Positions 25,042 to 31,540 of a stretch of 42,792 nucleotides of DNA are shown piece by piece; position 1 is the stretch's first letter; each line of letters starts with the position of its first letter. The DNA is from a virus, in the IMG/VR virus record IMGVR_UViG_3300045988_177530, positions 1 through 42,792 of that record, one strand, 5' to 3'. A program made the translations under genes and the position numbers. The notes below the pieces were generated by a model. It was not told the origin of the DNA, searched no databases, and saw only the letters and a program-made list of their open reading frames with translations.

Positions 25042-25316
25042 TTGTCGGCCCCCTTACTGCGGTTCGCCGCAACAATCAAAGCGCGGCGCACAAACTCGCC
25101 AACACACTCCGGAGAAATCGCAATGCTCTTCCGCTTAACGTGTCTCGCCCTCACCGTGTTGCCAGCGACCACGATACGGCAAGTACTGCCGATAGTGATG
25201 ATGCCGCCATCGTAGACCTTACGGGCAGGCGCATGCACGTTGAATTCGTGGCGGCGCCCGTCACTGTTCCATTCGCGGACCGCCTGGGTGACAACCGTCT
25301 CAAAAACTGTACCCAT
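25038..25316 (-). CDS. Hypothetical protein
   Basis: 92 aa, preceded by ATATTTAGGAAGAGAGAAAC. Confidence 0.55.
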   Translation of the reverse strand: MGTVFETVVTQAVREWNSDGRRHEFNVHAPARKVYDGGIITIGSTCRIVVAGNTVRARHVKRKSIAISPECVGEFVRRALIVAANRSKGADK

Positions 25317-25383
25317 AGTAATGTTTCTCTCTTCCTAAATATTGTGATGGATACTATCGTTTACTGCCGAAGGGCGTGCGTGG

Positions 25384-25875
25384 TTAAATATCGGAGCCCA
25401 TCACCTCCTCCACACGCACACCCACCAAACCGCACAGATCAGCCAAACTGTCCTGCGCATCAGACCGAGCACACTTCCATGTCTCCGAATACCTGTCACT
25501 GCACTTCATTTCTTCCAGACAAAGAATGAAATCATGCACCAGACGGGCACTCTCCTTCTCTACCTCATGACGCTTAATGTGCTTGCGAATCCACCCAGCC
25601 CCAACGGCCGTATTCTCACCCTTGGTAAGAATCTTTCTCCACCACTCATCCATTTCTGTGTTATTCGGGGTGAAATACCAGGCTGTCGGCCTACCGTCGT
25701 CGAAAACATACGCTTCAACAGTGCCGGCCTTAGTGTCCCAAAAAATGACAGTGAAACCATCCTCATCGTGATAGCAGGATGTGGCAGGCGGCATATTCTC
25801 CCGAATGGACCTCATCTCAACATCCCGGTCAGTTACCCCTTCACTGTGAGGGTTATCACATTCAAACCATAGCAT
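25384..25875 (-). CDS. Hypothetical protein
   Basis: 163 aa, preceded by GGAGAAGAGAAT. Confidence 0.55.
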   Translation of the reverse strand: MLWFECDNPHSEGVTDRDVEMRSIRENMPPATSCYHDEDGFTVIFWDTKAGTVEAYVFDDGRPTAWYFTPNNTEMDEWWRKILTKGENTAVGAGWIRKHIKRHEVEKESARLVHDFILCLEEMKCSDRYSETWKCARSDAQDSLADLCGLVGVRVEEVMGSDI

Positions 25876-25912
25876 GATTCTCTTCTCCTATTCCTATGAA
25901 ATTACGGTGGTA

Positions 25913-26827
25913 TCAGACGATCCTACTGTCAAGAATCCGCCTGATCAGAGCGTAGAACCCTCCCCACGCCTCATCCGCGGCCCCCGACCGGTCAGGGGAA
26001 TCCAACCTGCCAGGGGCAAGCTCGATACCACTCCTACCCGCACCCACAGCAATCTGCCCAACAATCTCACCATTGAAATAGGCGACAATCAAAGAATCCC
26101 CCGCCATCGCAAGAGTAATACTACAAGAGGCCGCTACCGAAACTAGACTCTCCATGACCGTGGCGCCCACAACAAGACAATCTAACATTTCCTGAACTTT
26201 ACCCGCCATGTTCTCAGTGCGGGTCACACCAACATTGGTCCCCCACTGGAGAGTCCCAATACTATCCACGGTCAACGCAACCTCACCGGAAACAAACGTC
26301 ATCTCGCCCATCGGCTTCGTGTAAACGTGGAACCGCGTTGAATGCGTGAGCGGCTTCGCCCGCCTCACCCCAATAGCGTCCCCAACGGGAGTACGGGAAC
26401 ACGTAACAACAGGGTCATGGGTGAGATCATCCACGAACCTGTCCCAGATGGGGCACTTCGACTCGTCCTCCCCAGTGAACGGGTTAACGTTCAGCTCGGC
26501 GCCGCTTCGCCTCATAGCGACCATCATGGTGCCAATCTTCGCCCCGCCAGACGACACTGTCAGAGTCGAAAACTCATCCTCCTCAACATGGAGACCATGC
26601 TCCTCGGCCATAGTAAGAATGCGATCATAAATCCTCGCCACACCCACCATGGAAGCCAGTCCCTCATTAGCGGAACGACAATCATCCGGAAATTCAGGGA
26701 GGTAGACGGATACAAGACGGTCAGACAGAAGAATATCCTCCCGGTCCATTATCTGCATTGTGCCGTCCAACCAAATGCCCCTCGACCAATTCGTGACATC
26801 GACTGTGAAATGCGCGTCGTAAAACAC
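25913..26827 (-). CDS. Hypothetical protein
   Basis: 304 aa, preceded by GAAAGAAAGAGAGAGGG. No motif recognised. Confidence 0.6.
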   Translation of the reverse strand: MFYDAHFTVDVTNWSRGIWLDGTMQIMDREDILLSDRLVSVYLPEFPDDCRSANEGLASMVGVARIYDRILTMAEEHGLHVEEDEFSTLTVSSGGAKIGTMMVAMRRSGAELNVNPFTGEDESKCPIWDRFVDDLTHDPVVTCSRTPVGDAIGVRRAKPLTHSTRFHVYTKPMGEMTFVSGEVALTVDSIGTLQWGTNVGVTRTENMAGKVQEMLDCLVVGATVMESLVSVAASCSITLAMAGDSLIVAYFNGEIVGQIAVGAGRSGIELAPGRLDSPDRSGAADEAWGGFYALIRRILDSRIV

Positions 26828-26884
26828 GAGTGCGCCCTCTCTCTTTCTTTCCAGTGTTTGTGTTTGTCAGAATTGCGGGAGGGG

Positions 26885-27067
26885 TTACCGTACCCCCAGC
26901 GCGCCCCACAGGGTCCAAATAGCCGCCACGACACTAAGCGTCCCGATCACAGCGAGACACGATGCGGTCAGGTAGATGATGGCGGCGAGGATGATTTCGC
27001 TGCTCCTCTTCAAAGGGCGGCGGGTCGCAATGTTGGTGTTACGTGGGGCCGCATGCCTCATGGTCAT
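26885..27067 (-). CDS. Small membrane protein
   Basis: ATG at 27067 preceded by GAAGAAAGAGGAGACGCC. 60 aa with hydrophobic IILAAIIYLTASCLAVIGTLSVVAAIWTLW. Confidence 0.5.
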   Translation of the reverse strand: MTMRHAAPRNTNIATRRPLKRSSEIILAAIIYLTASCLAVIGTLSVVAAIWTLWGALGVR

Positions 27068-27428
27068 GGCGTCTCCTCTTTCTTCGTGATGGTCTTGGTG
27101 TGTTGTGGGGCGCCTTGCTTCGCCGATGGCCTTAACTCTAGACTCCTGACGTTCATCTGTCCACCCCCAAGGGTGTGACGGACGTCTCACCCCCGGGGTG
27201 GGTCTCCGACACGTCAGCCCATCACCCCCGGAACACCGCGAAAGGCGGGAGGCGGGGCCACATACGGCCACGTCCTCCACCCCATGCAATCACGAGACAG
27301 AGGACACGATGCCAGCCCGAGAAGCGGGCGCTCCAACTCACACGCACCGACCCGAGCCTAACGATCCACCCTTCATATCGGGCGAGTGGGTTGGTTGGTA
27401 TGTCGTTATTGACCCCTGTCGCACCGTC

Positions 27429-27866
27429 TCATATGAGATCAATGCCCTTCTCCTCCAGTACACACTCAATCTCCTCAACATTATCTACATCCGCGCCGGC
27501 AACGCTGATGCCGCAGTCGACATTGCCGTCACCGTGCTCAATAATTTCAAGCTCAAGCGAGACACGGTCCAAACCGAAGACGATTTGCCTGCCCAATAGT
27601 GCGACAGGGTGCACGTCCACATATCCTGCAGCGCGGAGAATGTCAAGGGCGCGGATCATCATGTCAGCGCCGCGCGCGACATTGGCGAGTAGTGTCGTCA
27701 TATATTCGGGCGTCTCTTTTTTGTCGACGACGCTCACCATGTAGCTCGTTCCGTCCATGTGCTCGATCATAATTGCGAACCGAGCCGGGATATCGTCTGA
27801 CGGCTTCGCGGCCCTACGCACGTCCATGTGTCGGATGAGCATTTCCTCGTTCAGTGTGTTACTCAT
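27429..27866 (-). CDS. Hypothetical protein; first gene of the leftward early operon
   Basis: 145 aa, preceded by GAAGAAGAGAGGACGCG. Confidence 0.6.
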   Translation of the reverse strand: MSNTLNEEMLIRHMDVRRAAKPSDDIPARFAIMIEHMDGTSYMVSVVDKKETPEYMTTLLANVARGADMMIRALDILRAAGYVDVHPVALLGRQIVFGLDRVSLELEIIEHGDGNVDCGISVAGADVDNVEEIECVLEEKGIDLI

Positions 27867-28110
27867 TTGTACGCGTCCTCTCTTCTTCGCGCACCGACCT
27901 TCGGTGGCGCGTCTACCATAGAACGGCGGAGGGTGATATTGTCAACCATCGGTGCATGTGAGATGCGTCTCAGTGGGCTACGGGAGCTCCCGTGGCTCCG
28001 AGACCCCAAGGTGTGACAGAGCACACTATCTGGGGGTCTTGCGCCATCCAAGTCCCGGAAGCATTCTTATACCAATAGAACAGCCCAACTGACCAGGAAG
28101 GAAAGAGAAA
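27867..28110. promoter_or_regulatory. Divergent intergenic control region containing the 14-bp palindrome ACGGGAGCTCCCGT (27980..27993)
   Basis: 244 nt between divergently oriented genes. I could not place promoters confidently. Confidence 0.4.
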
Positions 28111-28455
28111 ATGAACACCACCATCCACCGCACCGAGGACCTCGCCCTCGAGACCGTCGAGTTCGGCGTCATCTACCGGGTCCACGCCCCCCGCACCGGC
28201 GAACCCTGGACCCTCTACAAGGTAGACGACGACTGCGGCGTCGACTCCATTGAGCCGTTGGACGTCCCTGACGAATGGGATGACGCCTACGAGTATCCGA
28301 TGGGGTACAGGGGCATTTGGTTTCGTTTAGCTCGCCTCGCCATGGACGCCTATCTCGCTCACGCCATCCTTGAGGTGGCCCTCGTCCCCGTCGTCGACGA
28401 GGAGGTGGACGCCGACTCGCGCGCCCTGCTGTACCGCTTCACCTGGCCCTACTGA
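28111..28455 (+). CDS. Acidic hypothetical protein, monocistronic
   Basis: 114 aa with 23 D/E against 9 K/R by my count. RBS GGAAGGAAAGAGAAA upstream and its own terminator downstream. Confidence 0.65.
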   Translation: MNTTIHRTEDLALETVEFGVIYRVHAPRTGEPWTLYKVDDDCGVDSIEPLDVPDEWDDAYEYPMGYRGIWFRLARLAMDAYLAHAILEVALVPVVDEEVDADSRALLYRFTWPY

Positions 28456-28475
28456 CCCGACCGGTCCGAGGACGA

Positions 28476-28513
28476 CTGAGGCCCCACCCTCCACGACGAG
28501 GGTGGGGCCTCAG
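28476..28513 (+). terminator. Intrinsic-terminator-like hairpin
   Basis: 15-bp perfect stem ctgaggccccaccct / agggtggggcctcag with an 8-nt loop, 20 nt after the stop. Confidence 0.6.
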
Positions 28514-28583
28514 TGCGTCTACTGTGGAAGGGCGGTGTGCGATGGGGGGTGTCGGCCGCCACGGCGCCTATCTTTCACAGTTT

Positions 28584-28780
28584 CCGTTAACCTCCCGTTC
28601 ATCTTGTTTACCTTCCGTTTACTTTCTACGCATGCCGGTTGTTTGCTAGCAACTGGCCTTCTAGGGACAAAACACCCGTTTGTGTTACTACAATGTTGGT
28701 GCGTGTCGTCACACTTTCTACCCCTGTAACAAGGGTTTGTGTCAGTGTGTTTCGCGTGATTGCAACGTTTAGTCCCCGTT
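28584..28780 (+). repeat. Five copies of YCCGTTY in a G+T-rich non-coding stretch
   Basis: CCGTT at 28584, 28595, 28615, 28676 and 28776, all in the same orientation. Confidence 0.4.
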
Positions 28781-28943
28781 TCAAGTTGTTTTGTTGGCAG
28801 TGTTCGTAGCTGGGACTTTAGTCTATATGCTACACTCGAGTAGACGAATCGTCGAAGACGATCGGCGGCGTAGCCGCTGAGGAGCCCTAGCGACGCAAGC
28901 GAGCGTCAGCGCCGCCGGGTGTTTTCGAGGAGCTCGCCACTGT

Positions 28944-29014
28944 GTTGGGCCCAACCTATACTCTTAAAAGAGTACTAGAATTAGACACTGTCTAACACAT
29001 CTAGACAGTGTCTA
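28944..29014. promoter_or_regulatory. Cluster of operator-like palindromes
   Basis: GTTGGGCCCAAC (28944..28955). TACTCTT-aa-AAGAGTA just downstream. TAGACACTGTCTA (28982..28994) and TAGACAGTGTCTA (29002..29014) with centres 20 bp apart. Confidence 0.5.
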
Positions 29015-29204
29015 TTTAGGGAATACGTGTTATGACGTAATTAAGGGCACACAGTGTTCAATGTTGAGTACTGTTACCGTTGACAACGAACAGTGTGTGG
29101 TGGGAACAACAAACATTGTGTGATGGATGCAACAAGCATTACATATGATGCTGCACACACACCACCAAGTAAACACACACAAACACAAAGGCGCGTGTCG
29201 TGCT

Positions 29205-29237
29205 ACGTGTGTGCTCGCAGAGCTGCGCGCACACTAC
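29205..29237 (+). repeat. 33-nt hairpin-forming element followed by a polypurine tract, copy 1, upstream of the HNH gene
   Basis: acgtgtgtgctcgcagagctgcgcgcacactac. 29 of 33 nt are identical to 29851..29883. An A/G tract follows at about 29254..29296. Confidence 0.7.
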
Positions 29238-29393
29238 ACGACACACGCCAACCCAAAACAAAAAAGAAGAAAAACAAGAAAAGAAAAAAGAAAGAGTAGT
29301 GTTAGACGGTGGAGGCGCTCGTCTCGCTGACGCTGCGACGCGCCACCACCTAACACAAAACAAGAAAAGCGACAAGAGAAGAGGAGAATAACG

Positions 29394-29738
29394 GTGAGCA
29401 GAACAAGCACGCGAGAACACCGGCAATTCAGAAAACAAGTACTCGCCAGAGCACAAGCCATGGGCATCACACACTGCCCAGCATGCGGAGTCAAACTCCA
29501 ATACAACAATAACGGTAAACGCAAACCCAACAGCGCCGAAGCCGACCACATAATCCCAGCCTCGTTAGGCGGAACCAATCACCCAGACAACGGCAGAATC
29601 CTCTGCGCCAGATGCAACAGCAGACGAGGCAACGGACGAGGAGGCAAAGGAAGAGCACGCCACTACCAAAAAAACGAAGACGAACGAGACAGACTCCCTA
29701 TTGCTGTCATGCCCACCGAACACTCTGACACATGGTGA
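29394..29738 (+). CDS. HNH endonuclease, terminase-associated type
   Basis: GTG start preceded by GAGAAGAGGAGAATAAC. HCPACG ... ADHIIPASLGG ... DNGRILCARCNSRRGN. Confidence 0.85.
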   Translation: MSRTSTREHRQFRKQVLARAQAMGITHCPACGVKLQYNNNGKRKPNSAEADHIIPASLGGTNHPDNGRILCARCNSRRGNGRGGKGRARHYQKNEDERDRLPIAVMPTEHSDTW

Positions 29739-29850
29739 CCCCCCCGCCATTCCAAACACAGAAAGGCGGAACGCGAAAAAGCGAGGAGAAAGGAAGAGAG
29801 AATAGCAAGAGAGCAGCAAGAGACAAGAAACACAATGGTGTTCGGGGATA

Positions 29851-29883
29851 ACGTGCGTGCTCGCGGGGCTGCGCGCGCACTAC
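29851..29883 (+). repeat. 33-nt hairpin-forming element followed by a polypurine tract, copy 2, downstream of the HNH gene
   Basis: acgtgcgtgctcgcggggctgcgcgcgcactac. An A/G tract follows at about 29896..29935. Confidence 0.7.
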
Positions 29884-30585
29884 CCCGAACACCAACAAGA
29901 CAAAGAGAAGAAGAAGGAAAACAGAGAAAGACAAACAACAAGACCACCACACCTTCGCACACACCACCATTCCATCCAACACAAACCATCACCGCCATTC
30001 CACAATGACACAACCCTGTCACAAAACACGCCACTAAACCAACAATGCTGTGACAGCAAACACACTGAAGGGTGGGGTGATGCAAGAAGGCAGGACAATA
30101 CAAGGCGCCAGACCCAACCCGAACACGGGACATCACAACACACCCCCCGTCATTCAACACGGCCACCACGCAAACAGAAAGGGGACACCAATACTAAACA
30201 AGGGGGACACCACACGCAACGGGAGGGCCACCATCACAACACCCGCCCCTTCAACACTATGCCACCCCACCTCGCCATGCCCCCCGCCATTCACGATGGC
30301 CGCCCCCTCCACCACTATGAGGGGGGAGCAGACAAAGGACACCCGTCACACGAACACCACAGACACACACACCACCCACACACCACACACCCGACAGAGA
30401 ATAGTGCACGACACGACAACAGCACCGACGAATACTGCACTGGGAAGAGTAGGACAAGGGCCGGACTACACGCACTGGACGGACCAACAGCACACACCAC
30501 CGCCATTCCACACACCACACACGAGAGGATGGACACCATCCACCCACCCACTCTCACACTATTCACATTCACACAACCAACGAAC

Positions 30586-30685
30586 GATCACGATCAACAA
30601 TGATCAACGATCAATGTTCGATCAACAATCAACGAACAATGAACAATGAACATGATAATGATCAATGATGATGAACATGATCAAC
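30586..30685 (+). repeat. Seven GATC-containing heptamers (GATCAAY/GATCAC) within 100 bp, followed by GAT/ATG trinucleotide runs
   Basis: GATC at 30586, 30592, 30602, 30609, 30620, 30660 and 30679. ATGAACATGAT occurs three times. This is locally the most A+T-rich part of the region. Confidence 0.8.
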
Positions 30686-30749
30686 ATGATGAACATGATG
30701 ATGATTACAACGATGATGATGTGATGCATGACATGCATACCAATACCAT

Positions 30750-30765
30750 GCACCATGCATGGTGC
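30750..30765. promoter_or_regulatory. 16-bp perfect palindrome GCACCATGCATGGTGC
   Basis: Read directly from the sequence. Two further ATGCAT hexamers lie just upstream. Confidence 0.6.
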
Positions 30766-30806
30766 CAACACATGCCACAAAGGCAACACGCAACGCACAA
30801 ACGCAC

Positions 30807-30859
30807 AAAAACGCATAAAAACAAAAGAAATGTTACAAAAACATGCAAAAACATTCAAA
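30807..30859 (+). other. Six helically phased A-tracts; predicted intrinsic DNA bend
   Basis: A-runs start at 30807, 30817, 30828, 30837, 30847 and 30857, a spacing of about 10 bp. Confidence 0.7.
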
Positions 30860-31087
30860 GGCACGAATCAAACAATGGCGTTCAAAAAAACCATGGCAAC
30901 AAAACAAGGCGAACACAAGGGGGGCCCCAAGACAGTAAGGGATCCCTTAAACACGGGACCCATGTCACAAAACAAGACGAGGGTTGGACGAAACGAGACG
31001 CACACCACACAATTTACGTGATGGGGGCCACTCCCCCTCCCCCATCCGGCCACGAACACCCCGAAGGTCTGCCCATCCCTCCCTGCT

Positions 31088-31228
31088 TGTGGAAAACCCT
31101 GTGGATAACTCCAGTAACCCAGACCACAGTGTGACTGCCATCATGTGGAAAACTCCCCAACCTGTGGAAAACCCTGTGGAAAACTCAGACAGCTTGTGGA
31201 AAACCCTGTGGAAAACCCCGTGGGAACA
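31088..31228 (-). repeat. Array of seven DnaA-box-like 9-mers plus one degenerate copy, all in one orientation
   Basis: TGTGGAAAA (reverse complement TTTTCCACA) at 31088, 31144, 31163, 31175, 31195 and 31207. TGTGGATAA (reverse complement TTATCCACA) at 31100. Degenerate gtgggaac at 31220. Confidence 0.6.
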
Positions 31229-31258
31229 TGACGAACATCACAGCATATAATAATAAAC

Positions 31259-31540
31259 ATGACAACCCACACAAACACCACAATCACCGTATACGAACCA
31301 AACAGCCCCGCACCAATCACAGACGCCACAAACACAGGCAACCCAACACTCATCCGCCAAGCACTCGCACACAAAATCGCCACCGTCATAGACGACCCAC
31401 GAACAGGCGACACAGCACTCACAAAACTCACCGCACAACTCATACAAATCACAGACCAACTCGCCACAACACAAAACGAAAACACACAAACACCCCCCCC
31501 CGACATTCCAAACGAAACACAAACCTGGGACGGCATCTAA
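31259..31540 (+). CDS. Hypothetical protein; possible small terminase subunit
   Basis: 93-aa ORF ending 1 nt before the terL ATG, with plausible helical segments. It lies in a stop-poor region and has no clear ribosome-binding site, so coding status is uncertain. Confidence 0.4.
   Translation: MTTHTNTTITVYEPNSPAPITDATNTGNPTLIRQALAHKIATVIDDPRTGDTALTKLTAQLIQITDQLATTQNENTQTPPPDIPNETQTWDGI

Larger units (their letters stand above)
29100..31258 (+). other. Extreme A+C-rich, T/G-poor, largely non-coding region with only the HNH gene inside
   Basis: As one example, nt 30361..30420 contain 25 A, 25 C, 8 G and 2 T by my count. All three plus-strand frames stay open because stop codons need T. Internal dispersed repeats are present. 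Confidence 0.85.

Noticed and set aside
28800-28930. A possible tRNA or small structured RNA gene in the non-coding arm
   Set aside because: No T-loop (GTTCRANYC-like) or cloverleaf could be drawn. Only a GC-rich stem followed by GGTGTTTT is present, and that is mentioned in a finding with low weight.
30660-30730. GATGATGAT / ATGATGATG trinucleotide runs as DnaA-trios
   Set aside because: As I recall it, the published DnaA-trio is 3'-GAT-5' (5'-TAG-3'). These runs read 5'-GAT-3' or 5'-ATC-3', so polarity does not obviously match. They are left as an observation only.
29857-31134. Long plus-strand ORFs in the A+C-rich region (29857..30603 of 248 aa, 30050..30649 of 199 aa, 30646..31134 of 162 aa, 30728..31021, 29093..29330)
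   Set aside because: They overlap one another in all three frames. They translate to low-complexity T/H/P/Q/K/N strings, lack ribosome-binding sites, and exist only because T-poor DNA has almost no stop codons.
31088-31228. Possible CRISPR array, because of the regularly repeated TGTGGAAAAC units
   Set aside because: The repeats are only 9-10 nt long with 2-35 nt between them. There are no spacer-sized unique segments and no cas genes.
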